Of a stretch of 64,000 nt of DNA, positions 30,840-39,976 are shown piece by piece. Made by a program: the position numbers and the translations under genes. Numbering within the stretch: the first letter of the stretch is position 1; each line of letters starts with the position of its first letter. Below the pieces are notes generated by a model. It ran no database searches, had not been told where the DNA came from, and was given only the letters and a program-made list of their open reading frames with translations. Origin of the DNA: Cyanobacteria bacterium auto_48_18 (GTDB taxonomy: Bacteria; Cyanobacteriota; Vampirovibrionia; Obscuribacterales; Obscuribacteraceae); assembly GCA_036170915.1 (NCBI GenBank), contig JAVHQC010000030.1, forward strand, positions 32,001 to 96,000, written 5' to 3'.

Positions 30840-31166
30840 TTAGACGAGATTTTTATTCTCATAGTTCTGTCTTACACGAGCGTACACAAGATCGTGTGGG
30901 TCGTTGTACTGTGAGATTTTCTCGATGAAATCTTGCTGCACCGATGCAGGCAATCTGTCGAGACTGGTGGAGACATTGTCGGCTACTGCAAATGCGTGTG
31001 CCTTGATTTGCTCAACCATCATTTCATTTTCTTTCAGCATTTCAGCGAAGCGCTGTGCTTCGGGAGTCATTTTGTCGAACCTTTCTGTATGAAGCTCATT
31101 TTGAAAAGCACTGCTGGAATTAGATTCGATGCCTGCCAGTTCGCCTTTGTTTTGTTCAATCGCCAT
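30840..31166 (-). CDS. Hypothetical protein, 108 aa (MAIEQNKG…)
   Basis: GAGGA RBS before ATG 31166; in frame with the ORF-track call. Confidence 0.65.
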   Translation of the reverse strand: MAIEQNKGELAGIESNSSSAFQNELHTERFDKMTPEAQRFAEMLKENEMMVEQIKAHAFAVADNVSTSLDRLPASVQQDFIEKISQYNDPHDLVYARVRQNYENKNLV

Positions 31167-31304
31167 TTTAGGAATTCCTCTAATTTTGGGGTGTCGCCCT
31201 CGCGTGCTTATATCTATGTGTGTTAGAGAATTCTTCGACAAGGGTTTTCGTAGAAACCACATGGTTTGGCAAAAAAAATTTGCTGGTAATATGTCAAATC
31301 GTAT

Positions 31305-31625
31305 TTGCAGTCGCTTTTCAGGTTGTTTGATTTGACCGCTTTTTCCCCTGACATGTCAGCCCGCCAGCTGCTCAAAGTTGCAAACGACCATCACACGGGC
31401 GTTCTGGCCCTAACTGATGGCGAGCGTTGTGACCTGATTGAATTGCTTAAGGAAAAAGCTCGCGACGAGCTCGAGTTTGGCGAAGAAGTTTTGTTTGAGA
31501 AGGTTCGGCTGGTCAGGCGAGTAACCGGCGCGGTATCCATTTTCTTTGAAAAAGACGAACCGCCCAAAGCTCCTAAAGCCAAGGCCAAAGCTGAGGTCAA
31601 AGAAGAAGCTAAAGAAGAAGCTTAA
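31305..31625 (+). CDS. Hypothetical protein with Lys/Ala/Glu-rich tail (start may be ATG 31353)
   Basis: ORF co-oriented with the downstream DUF4330-ictB pair. Confidence 0.55.
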   Translation: MQSLFRLFDLTAFSPDMSARQLLKVANDHHTGVLALTDGERCDLIELLKEKARDELEFGEEVLFEKVRLVRRVTGAVSIFFEKDEPPKAPKAKAKAEVKEEAKEEA

Positions 31626-31712
31626 CCAATCCTTGTATTATGGATTGGTTTTTTACGCTAACTTAGTTGCTACAGACAAATGCGACTAGACAGAATGGGG
31701 CACAGGACAGTG

Positions 31713-32225
31713 ATGCAAGAGCAAGCGATATCCAAAAAAGGCAGATTGAATATACTCGACTACAGTCTGGTTGTGATCATGCTGCTGGCAATTGCTGGTT
31801 TTGGTCTGGCTAAAGCTGGTCATGCCGGCGTTAATCAGGTGATTAAAGGCACTCACAAAGTCAATATCGATGTTTATATCACCGGTCTTAAGACTAAAGA
31901 TCTCTCCCTATTTAAGGTAGGCGACAAAAGCTCAATTACCATCCGCAACCAGCCAGTGCAGCCGCCCATGACCATAGTTAAGGTCGATCACTGGCAAAAG
32001 CAAGTGGCATTCATTAGTCCTGACGGCAAAAAAGCCCTGGCTTTTCCCGACCCGGCCAATGCTATCGCGCATGATTTTGTAGTCACCGTGCAAGATGAAG
32101 CCGACGCCACCGACGACGGTTATGTAATTCGTGGCAACAAAATCAAATTGGGCAACCAAATCGAATTAGAAGCCTTCAAATATAGAGTGCAAGGAGTGGT
32201 GGTTGACCTTAACCAGGCGCTCTAG
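31713..32225 (+). CDS. DUF4330 family protein
   Basis: GRLNILD plus TM, SITIRNQP, KIKLGNQIELE; cyanobacterial-type family. Confidence 0.75.
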   Translation: MQEQAISKKGRLNILDYSLVVIMLLAIAGFGLAKAGHAGVNQVIKGTHKVNIDVYITGLKTKDLSLFKVGDKSSITIRNQPVQPPMTIVKVDHWQKQVAFISPDGKKALAFPDPANAIAHDFVVTVQDEADATDDGYVIRGNKIKLGNQIELEAFKYRVQGVVVDLNQAL

Positions 32226-33671
32226 ATGCTGACTCGACTCGCTTCCTATTTTAGTTTATCTGGCTTAGACCGAGCCTGGGCCAATAGTTTGGCCGGGTCG
32301 ACGCTTATTGGTTGGACGGTGCGCGCCTTTGAGAAAATTCGCGCGGGCAGCAAGGCAAAAACCAGTTTGATTAAAATTGGTGGAAGTCTCCAGCAGCTGG
32401 CCTACGCTCTCGCCTGTTTGCTTTTTTTAGTTCTGGCGCTGCCTCAATTTGCCGGTGATAAAAACGGCCTGGCTCTTTTGTCTACCGGTGCCATGATTGT
32501 CTGGATTATTGGTCGTCTATTGGGAGGCCCTGAAGAGAGACGCTTTTCGGCTATCGACGCCGTGGTGCTTACTTACCTGGCAGCCAATATTGTCGCCACT
32601 TTCTCTTCTCACTATCTAGTGCAAAGTATCAAAGGGCTGAGCAAAGTTGCCGTTTACATCGTCAACTATTTTTTGCTCACGTCTACATTGAGCAAAAGTC
32701 CAAGCCGTCTGGTGAAAATCATTGCTGCCGCCATTCTGGCTGGTTTTGTTGTCAGCCTGTATGGACTCTACCAATATAAGATTGGCGTGGCGCCTCTGGC
32801 CACCTGGGAAGACCCCACAGTGGAATCGAAAGGCACACGCATTTACTCCACCTTGGGCAATCCCAATCTGCTGGCCGGTTATCTAATTCCGCTATTTCCT
32901 TTAGCCCTGGCACTTTCTGTGGAGTCTTTCAAACTCAAAACCAGATGGCTGCGCTGGCTTTCTGCTGTCTTTTGCAGCGGCATGGCTGCCACCATTGGGC
33001 TGGCTACAGTTTTAACAGGAAGCCGCGGAGCATTTCTTGCCCTTGGCGCTATTGGGGCCGTAATTGTTCTGGCACTATTTGGCTATGTGGTGGCAAGGCA
33101 CAAAAAATTGATTGCTCCAATCATTCTGGTTGTAATTCTGGCTGCAGTGGCCGGCGTCTTAATTATCCATTTCAAGTTGCCCGCCTTTGAAAGCCGCATT
33201 CTCTCTATCTTCGCCGGCTCTGAGCACAGCTCAAATGCTTATCGTCTCAATGTCTGGCGGGCATCAGCAAAAATGTTTATGGACAACTGGTGGTTCGGAG
33301 TTGGCCCAGGCAATTCCACTTTCCCTCTGGCCTATGGCCTTTATATGAAAAGCGGCTATGACGCTTTAGGTACCTATTGTGTACCGCTGGAAATTGGAGT
33401 GGAGTGCGGCATTCTCGGCCTGCTATCTTCACTCATGCTCACTGTCAGCATGTTCGCCCGCGCTCACCTGGCTTTCTGGCAAAGTAATTACCGCTGGCTC
33501 TCTCTAGGGCTCACCGCAGCTTTGACCGGTCTCATAATTCAGGGTCTTGTGGACACTGTTTTCTACAGGCCCCAGGTTCAATTTTTGTTCTGGCTGGTTG
33601 TGGCAGGTATAACTTCTGTCTCTTTGTATAACCGAAATTTGGCGTCGGCAGGCGGCGAAACGGTGCAGTAG
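32226..33671 (+). CDS. ictB: IctB-family / O-antigen ligase-like membrane protein
   Basis: LATWED, RIYSTLGNPNLLAGYL, TGSRG, SSNAYRLNVW, GVGPGN, DTVFYRPQV. Confidence 0.85.
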   Translation: MLTRLASYFSLSGLDRAWANSLAGSTLIGWTVRAFEKIRAGSKAKTSLIKIGGSLQQLAYALACLLFLVLALPQFAGDKNGLALLSTGAMIVWIIGRLLGGPEERRFSAIDAVVLTYLAANIVATFSSHYLVQSIKGLSKVAVYIVNYFLLTSTLSKSPSRLVKIIAAAILAGFVVSLYGLYQYKIGVAPLATWEDPTVESKGTRIYSTLGNPNLLAGYLIPLFPLALALSVESFKLKTRWLRWLSAVFCSGMAATIGLATVLTGSRGAFLALGAIGAVIVLALFGYVVARHKKLIAPIILVVILAAVAGVLIIHFKLPAFESRILSIFAGSEHSSNAYRLNVWRASAKMFMDNWWFGVGPGNSTFPLAYGLYMKSGYDALGTYCVPLEIGVECGILGLLSSLMLTVSMFARAHLAFWQSNYRWLSLGLTAALTGLIIQGLVDTVFYRPQVQFLFWLVVAGITSVSLYNRNLASAGGETVQ

Positions 33672-34186
33672 ACAGGCGCGGCGCACGGAATCAAAAACTA
33701 GATTGATATCAATCTGAGTTTCTGGATTCACTCTATATAAGGATTGCCATTTAATAATCCGTTTAATGAAAGCTGATCCGTCTAATGTTCCGTCCTCCAA
33801 CCTTAAATGGCTCACATAATCACCATCAAAATGGGTTTTTGTTAATAAACCGAGAGCGCAAAAAGCCAAGCTTTTCCCGCAAACTTAACTCCAGCGTGCG
33901 ATTGCGGCATTTTCGACAATTCTTAAGTCGCACTAATTTTAATGTTGAAAATTGGTTGCGGTTGGGCATGATAATAGAAGCCAAAGCTTGGAGATGCTCC
34001 CAACGTCAGGCGATCAGGAATAGTGCTCCACAATTTAAGCTCTCTTGACGACCACTGAACATTAGACGACAATAATATACAGAGCATTACTATTCACCAG
34101 GATACCTTTTACGCCAAAAGACACTTCGTCTCCGGGCATTACTCAATAAGCCACCTTCAAGGTTGGCTCCAGGAGGACAGCAAAAT

Positions 34187-36376
34187 ATGAAAGCTAGACG
34201 ACAACGGGGGGCGACGCTGGGGCTTGTAGCAGCCTGCGTTTTCCTCGTGATCATAGTGGGGGTCGGATTCTTCTTCCTCTCCAAAATCATCGGCGGCGGT
34301 CGTGGGGTCGCTAACGCTACAGACGCCGGCGCCCTGAACGTCGCCAAACATGCCGTCAGACGTGGTGCAGTATCACTCGCTAAGTACGGCCTGACCGACG
34401 AATTCGGCGAATTGACAGAGCCTCGGAACAGCAACGTAGACTTAGTCACCTACAACAGATTAGTTGCTCAAGCTCTGATCGTCGGTAAGAACGCCGAAGT
34501 AGAAAACACTGCTCTTGCTAGAGGCAATGCCAATTTTCTGGCCGGTCAAGTTAAGCAAGTTGGTTTAGAACTGAAAAGCAATCTCGAAGCTGCCGGTACT
34601 CTAGACGCTGACTTCACTGACATTGCCAGCAGAAATAACACAAAAATGTGGAATGGCAGCCCTGTCAATTTGAACGGACAAGTTGTCGCTGGCTACATGA
34701 AGAGAGGCAGTTCGACAAACGTTTACTTTGATCCAGCCACCCTTGCTGCTCTGGGCGGATGGCCTGGTCTGACATTGTCAGCTCAAGCATCTAAGGTTGG
34801 ACCTCGGTACCTCGCCGGTTATGAAAACTTGACTGTAATGGGCAATCCTTTCATCATGGGCGTACCTGTACTGCCACAAACCAAGCCCCACTTGGTTGAC
34901 CACGGACAATTCACTGCCACCGCCTTTGATGCCAACACTCCTCCTAACGCGTTCCGCACAAACGGACGTGCTCTAGAAGCTAAGTCTGGCAATATCGGTG
35001 GAACCGTTGCTTGTGCCATCGTTGGTACCATCGACAAAGACTTCCAGGCCGTTATTCCTAGAGGCTACGTGCGAGTTCTTAACGGCAACGATGCCGTCGC
35101 CAACAATGGTGCACCAACCGGAGTACCAGTAAGCAACGGCGACCAGGACATATTCAACCAGGAGTTGTTCAACTCACCTGGTATCATGCAAGCCAACAGC
35201 GCTGGCGGCAACCCTGTGTTCACACACGACGGTAACCTCGGCGATGCTCAAACCAGATGGGCCGCATACGTAGCTACTCTCGGTAATTATCCTCGAGGCA
35301 GTCTTGGTTCTGATGGTGTCACCGTGAACAACACCACAGACGAACCTTCACCAAACTATGGTGCTGGTGACCCTGTTCTCTTCGCCGGCATCCAGAACAT
35401 GATCTCCAATCCTGCTTTTGACCTGCGCACAACTGGTGCTCCTGACAACTTTGCCGACTATGCTGATCTGATTGCCATGGGCAGAGCATCTGGTAGCACC
35501 ACATGCATCTACACAATGTACGATGACAGCTTGTCTACTTCTAGCCCTTGCGTAACCAGCCTTGATACTTGGACAACCAACTTCAGACGCAATCTCGGTG
35601 GCGTAGCTGCTGGAGGCGCAGTTCAACCTGGTGGCTTCACCAACGTTGAATTTATGAAAGCTGACTTGCTCGGCAAAATTGCTGGACGCGCTGGTGGTAG
35701 ATTCTGCGCTAACGTTGCTGCTGCTGGCAGATCTGGAATCAAGGCCTGGCCTGAATCTGGTGGTCGTGTTCTGAAACCTGGTGTCCCTGGTTCTGCCATC
35801 CCTTACACAGGTGGTGCCACCAAAGTTAACTACTTGAGCGTAGACACTACCTACAAGTATTTGACTCAGATGAATGGTGGCTTGAATCCTTGCAACGCTA
35901 ATCCAATCATTGACGAAATGACTAAGAGAATGCAGCAAGTTGAGCCTAGAGTGACTAGACCTGAAGTAGTTGCCGCACTTAGTGATCCAGCCTACCCTCT
36001 GACACTCGCCAATGGAGCTGGAACCGGCAAACTGTACTTGTACGTTGATCCATCCACACGTAGACCTAGAATGGGTACTTCACTTCCTTGGACAGACACC
36101 AACATAGCTGCTGACGGACCTTCCGCAGCCGGCTCCAACAAATGCGATAGCAGCTACCCACTGAACGGATGGGCTGTGAACACATACAAGGGCTACTCTG
36201 GTACGACTGGTGATGGCAACTATCACGAGAATCCATTCACCAGACCAAACCCTGGCTCTGGACCATCAGGAACAGACAGCGCCCTCTGGCAAGCTAGCTC
36301 GGGTTACAACAACCTCCTCGGAGAATTGAAATTCGAACAAGTTACCGAAGGTGCCACTTTCTGCAAACCTAACTAA
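34187..36376 (+). CDS. Large Gly/Asn/Thr-rich surface protein with Tad/Flp-pilin-like N-terminus
   Basis: AGGAGG RBS; RQRG|ATLGLV hydrophobic helix followed by ANATDAGALNVA; multiple Cys. Confidence 0.7.
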   Translation: MKARRQRGATLGLVAACVFLVIIVGVGFFFLSKIIGGGRGVANATDAGALNVAKHAVRRGAVSLAKYGLTDEFGELTEPRNSNVDLVTYNRLVAQALIVGKNAEVENTALARGNANFLAGQVKQVGLELKSNLEAAGTLDADFTDIASRNNTKMWNGSPVNLNGQVVAGYMKRGSSTNVYFDPATLAALGGWPGLTLSAQASKVGPRYLAGYENLTVMGNPFIMGVPVLPQTKPHLVDHGQFTATAFDANTPPNAFRTNGRALEAKSGNIGGTVACAIVGTIDKDFQAVIPRGYVRVLNGNDAVANNGAPTGVPVSNGDQDIFNQELFNSPGIMQANSAGGNPVFTHDGNLGDAQTRWAAYVATLGNYPRGSLGSDGVTVNNTTDEPSPNYGAGDPVLFAGIQNMISNPAFDLRTTGAPDNFADYADLIAMGRASGSTTCIYTMYDDSLSTSSPCVTSLDTWTTNFRRNLGGVAAGGAVQPGGFTNVEFMKADLLGKIAGRAGGRFCANVAAAGRSGIKAWPESGGRVLKPGVPGSAIPYTGGATKVNYLSVDTTYKYLTQMNGGLNPCNANPIIDEMTKRMQQVEPRVTRPEVVAALSDPAYPLTLANGAGTGKLYLYVDPSTRRPRMGTSLPWTDTNIAADGPSAAGSNKCDSSYPLNGWAVNTYKGYSGTTGDGNYHENPFTRPNPGSGPSGTDSALWQASSGYNNLLGELKFEQVTEGATFCKPN

Positions 36377-36398
36377 TCCACAAAAAAGCCCACACCTT

Positions 36399-36436
36399 GA
36401 ATCGACCGCTTCTATAATTAAAGAGGCGGTCGTTTC
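36399..36436 (+). terminator. Stem-loop after the large surface protein gene
   Basis: CGACCGCTTCT-ATAATTAA-AGAGGCGGTCG followed by TTTC. Confidence 0.6.
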
Positions 36437-36521
36437 ATTACTATCAATCCATGGCATTAAGCATGTAGCAGCGTCGGGCACCTGGCACGAGACCTGGCAT
36501 GAGTATTAGGAGGTAAATCAA

Positions 36522-37007
36522 GTGTTTAAAAGCTCTTTAGCCAAAGCGGGTTCGTTGTCAAAACCGGCTTTAGCCATTGCCCTGGTGATTGCAAGCAGCT
36601 CGCTTGCAGCCTTTGCTCAACAAAATAATCAGCCGCCAGGCAGTTCAACATCATCTGGTTCACCAGATAAACTCAAAGAAAAAGTAACCGTTCCCGAATT
36701 GCCTGAATACACAGGTAAATCAAAATATTTGCATGGCCTTGTTTACCCAAGCAACCCTGATAACAAAAAGGGACCTACCTACGTAATGGTCTTCAACACC
36801 AAAGAAACAGAAAGTCAAGTGCATGACTGGTGGCTGAATAGCTTGAGACAATACAAATGGAATATCACTTACACATCTGCTGATGTAGTTCAGGGCACCA
36901 ATAAAGATGGCAGCAGTTGCATCGTGCAAATTGGTGGACCGGTGATTGGACAAGCTAAAGATGATCGGGCGAGTTATGTGATCAGATATCAGGCTGGAAA
37001 ACCGTAG
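36522..37007 (+). CDS. Secreted hypothetical protein
   Basis: AGGAGG RBS, signal peptide AFA; VHDWWLNSLRQYKWNI motif. Confidence 0.75.
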   Translation: MFKSSLAKAGSLSKPALAIALVIASSSLAAFAQQNNQPPGSSTSSGSPDKLKEKVTVPELPEYTGKSKYLHGLVYPSNPDNKKGPTYVMVFNTKETESQVHDWWLNSLRQYKWNITYTSADVVQGTNKDGSSCIVQIGGPVIGQAKDDRASYVIRYQAGKP

Positions 37008-37036
37008 TCAGTTATCGAGTTGCTGATAACTGATTT
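37008..37036. terminator. Hairpin between convergent genes
   Basis: TCAGTTATC-8 nt-GATAACTGA-TTT directly after the stop codon. Confidence 0.5.
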
Positions 37037-37245
37037 GCCACGGCGAGCTGATTCCAATATGGTGCAAACTTGACGTCGCCAAGCGATAAATACCAGTGAA
37101 AACCCTGTAGTTTGATCTATGCAGGTGGCGTTAAGATGACTCTTAACTCGCCGCCGTATCTCGCGAATACCGAGAAAGATTAACCACTTGCACGGCGGCA
37201 ACCTTTGAAACTAGCTACTGATTGTTCAAGTCCTCTAGCTAATTA

Positions 37246-38037
37246 TTAGTCTTCTACGAAAGCCACTACCCTGGCTGGTGCCGCGCTGGCGCCTACGATT
37301 TTAAGCGGGAAGAATGCAACCTTAAAGCCATGTGGTGGCAACTCCTTTAAGTTGGCCAGTTGTTGCACCACGTAAAACCGATACTGGCGCATGGCAAAAT
37401 GAGCGTCCCATATGCGGCTCTTGTCGCCACTCTTCTGATAATCGGCAATCATAATGTGAAATGGTCTATCCCAACCAAGAGCGTCGGTGCCACCAACCAG
37501 TGCACCACACTCCGCAAGATATGTAGCCGATTCGGCAGTCAGACCCGGGTAGTTGTAACGCATAGGTTCTGTAAGCGGCATTAGATCGTGATCAGTACGC
37601 AAAAGCACTGCATCACGCGGTTTAATTTGATAATCAATCTTTTCTAGCGCCGCTTTCAGATCATCAACGGTGATACCAGCACCGGTTGCTTTAAGAGCGG
37701 TTAAATCGAGCACTACGCCATTCAAATAAAGCTCTTCAAGGGGAATTTGATCCACAGTAAGCGCACTCTCTTTTGCTGTTTTGCTGCCGTAATGCCAGGG
37801 AGCGTCTACATGAGTACCCAGGTGAGTACTGATGCTCAAATTCTCTTCTGCCCAACCCTCACCTTCAGGCAAATCGCTTTCGGGGCAACCAAACAAATGC
37901 GACATTATTTTGGCGCCGTGAGCATGGCCGACAAACTCAATTTGCGGGCAAACAATGCGGTAGAGCGGTTTAAGCACATCGGGAAATTCGCTGATATCAA
38001 TTTGTTCAAGGGCTCTCGTCAGGTCAACAAGTTTCAT
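37246..38037 (-). CDS. Cyclase-family metallohydrolase (kynurenine formamidase-like)
   Basis: HLGTHVDAPWH motif; PLKIVGASAAPARVVA. Confidence 0.88.
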   Translation of the reverse strand: MKLVDLTRALEQIDISEFPDVLKPLYRIVCPQIEFVGHAHGAKIMSHLFGCPESDLPEGEGWAEENLSISTHLGTHVDAPWHYGSKTAKESALTVDQIPLEELYLNGVVLDLTALKATGAGITVDDLKAALEKIDYQIKPRDAVLLRTDHDLMPLTEPMRYNYPGLTAESATYLAECGALVGGTDALGWDRPFHIMIADYQKSGDKSRIWDAHFAMRQYRFYVVQQLANLKELPPHGFKVAFFPLKIVGASAAPARVVAFVED

Positions 38038-38275
38038 GGATTCCCCTTTTAAAAGGCTCAAAGTTTGAATATTAAGACAAGCTTATCTAATTGAATACGC
38101 ATGTTGGAAACTGCTTTAATAGAAAAGTAGTGCACCAGAAGAGTGTCGCTACTTATGCACTCAGCACCGCTCCTGCAGCGGTTATCGTCGTGCTCTATTC
38201 AATTGGATTGTGCACTCACATAGTAAACGGTTCGCCAATGCTCGGCGAGCACTCAGAACAAAAAAGGTGACTTAG

Positions 38276-39265
38276 ATGCAAGCTTTAGCAAAACAAAATC
38301 AAGGCTCGTCGGCTGCAGCAAAACTGGCCGGCAGATCACTGCGAAATCGAAAAGCAAAACCATCATTTGATCTCGACCGCATTGAAAATGAAGGCGAGAT
38401 ATTAGAAAAGTCAGAATTTATCAACATCACACCTGAGGGTCAATGTGATGAAGCACTGGCTGCCTACTTAAAAGACATGGGTCGCTATCCGCTGCTCACT
38501 AAAGAACAAGAAATCGACCTGGCTAAGCAGGCTAGAGATGGCAATGAACTGGCTAAACGTCGCCTGGCGCAATCTAACTTGCGTCTTGTGGTCAGCATTG
38601 CTAAGCGTTTTATCGGACGCGGACTGCCAATGGGAGATTTGATTCAGGAAGGCAATCTGGGGCTATTGCGAGCCGTAGAAAAGTTTGACCCCGACCGCGG
38701 GTTCCGCTTCTCTACTTACGCAACCTGGTGGATACGTCAGAGCTGTTCTCGAGCGGTTCAGGATAAAGGCCACACCATTCGCATTCCTGTGCACATGAGC
38801 GAAACTGTGCAAAAGATCAATGCAGCGGCACGCGATTTCTTTTTGCGTGAAGGCCGCCGTGCTTCAAGCAGCGAACTGGCTGCCGAAGCAGGTTTAGGTG
38901 AAGGTAAACTGAACGCGCTACTGTTGTCGATTCAGGAGCCTGTATCTCTTGATGCTGCGACTTCAGAAGAAGGAGATGCGTTGATTGACCAGCTAGCCGA
39001 TCAAGATCACCTTGCCACCGAGGATGATGCCACAATTAAACTCTGCCGCCAGGACGTGCAAAATCTGGTGCGACGTTTGAGCTCTGGCGAATCAGATGTT
39101 ATTCGCTTGCGCTACGGTCTCGATAATGGTGTGCCATTGACGGCAGTGAAAGTGGCCAAGGTACTGAATATAAGCGACGACAGAGTCAGGCAACTGGAAG
39201 GCAGAGCAATTCTCAAACTGCGCAATATGGATCAGTCGGGCAGCTTGAGAGATTATTTGAAATAA
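38276..39265 (+). CDS. RpoD-like (group 2-type) sigma-70 factor
   Basis: [42 protein letters not shown]; no region 1.1. Confidence 0.92.
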   Translation: MQALAKQNQGSSAAAKLAGRSLRNRKAKPSFDLDRIENEGEILEKSEFINITPEGQCDEALAAYLKDMGRYPLLTKEQEIDLAKQARDGNELAKRRLAQSNLRLVVSIAKRFIGRGLPMGDLIQEGNLGLLRAVEKFDPDRGFRFSTYATWWIRQSCSRAVQDKGHTIRIPVHMSETVQKINAAARDFFLREGRRASSSELAAEAGLGEGKLNALLLSIQEPVSLDAATSEEGDALIDQLADQDHLATEDDATIKLCRQDVQNLVRRLSSGESDVIRLRYGLDNGVPLTAVKVAKVLNISDDRVRQLEGRAILKLRNMDQSGSLRDYLK

Positions 39266-39301
39266 CTTTTTCAAATAGCTGCTCCAATAACCTGGAAGAA
39301 C

Positions 39302-39333
39302 AAAAAAGCCTCGCTCACCGCGAGGCTTTTTTT
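39302..39333. terminator. Bidirectional intrinsic terminator between the sigma gene and the respiratory operon
   Basis: AAAAAAGCCTCGC-TCACC-GCGAGGCTTTTTTT. Confidence 0.9.
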
Positions 39334-39359
39334 ATTCTTTGAGACTAAGTCTGTTGAAT

Positions 39360-39485
39360 CTAAAACTCAGCCACTAGACCAAATGAGGCAATCAAAAGAA
39401 TAAAGACGAAATAGAGAATGAAGAACCAGGTCCATCTGTAAATGATGTCGACTTCAGTCAGTTTTTTTGCTTTCTCTGGTGGCAT
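39360..39485 (-). CDS. Small single-TM protein, 41 aa (MPPEKAKKLTEVDIIYRWTWFFILYFVFILLIASFGLVAEF), not in the ORF track
   Basis: Own translation; AAGGAG RBS upstream; last gene before the terminator. Confidence 0.8.
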   Translation of the reverse strand: MPPEKAKKLTEVDIIYRWTWFFILYFVFILLIASFGLVAEF

Positions 39486-39510
39486 AGTCTAATTTCTCCT
39501 TCTTCAATAA

Positions 39511-39933
39511 TTATTTTGCGGCCGGTTTAGCAGCGGCAGCTGGTTCAACCGGAAGCTTGCGCACGAAGCTTACGAATTCTTTGGCTTCAGCCAAAAATCT
39601 ATCTTTCTGAGGACGGGAGAGCCAGAGAGCGAGCACGCGACGACGATCAACTGTTTTCTTCAAACCTGGTGGTCGTTGTCCAAGAAGACGTTCGCGAATC
39701 ATGCGGTTGCCTTCGCGATAATAACAATCGCCAATCTGACAACCGGTAACGATCACACCAGCAGCACCAGATTTCATCGCCGCTTCAATCATCAGCGGTT
39801 GAATCATGCCGCTACATGGCAATTTGACTACATGCAGGCCATCAATTTCTTTCACTTCGCCCTGGGCGGTGCAAACTGAATCGAGATCAGCAGCACGTTC
39901 GCAGATGAGAGTGATTACTTTTTGTTCGGACAT
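39511..39933 (-). CDS. mvhD: MvhD/FlpD-type [2Fe-2S] protein (hydrogenase iron-sulfur subunit family)
   Basis: Four Cys: LICER, LPCSG, GCQIGDCYYREGN. Confidence 0.88.
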   Translation of the reverse strand: MSEQKVITLICERAADLDSVCTAQGEVKEIDGLHVVKLPCSGMIQPLMIEAAMKSGAAGVIVTGCQIGDCYYREGNRMIRERLLGQRPPGLKKTVDRRRVLALWLSRPQKDRFLAEAKEFVSFVRKLPVEPAAAAKPAAK

Positions 39934-39976
39934 TACCTGTGTACCTTTGTTGTTTGTGACCCTAAGCTACTGTCTT

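Noticed and set aside
33672..34186. c-di-GMP or other known riboswitch upstream of the large surface protein
   Set aside because: I could not find the consensus elements by eye; only isolated hairpins are present.
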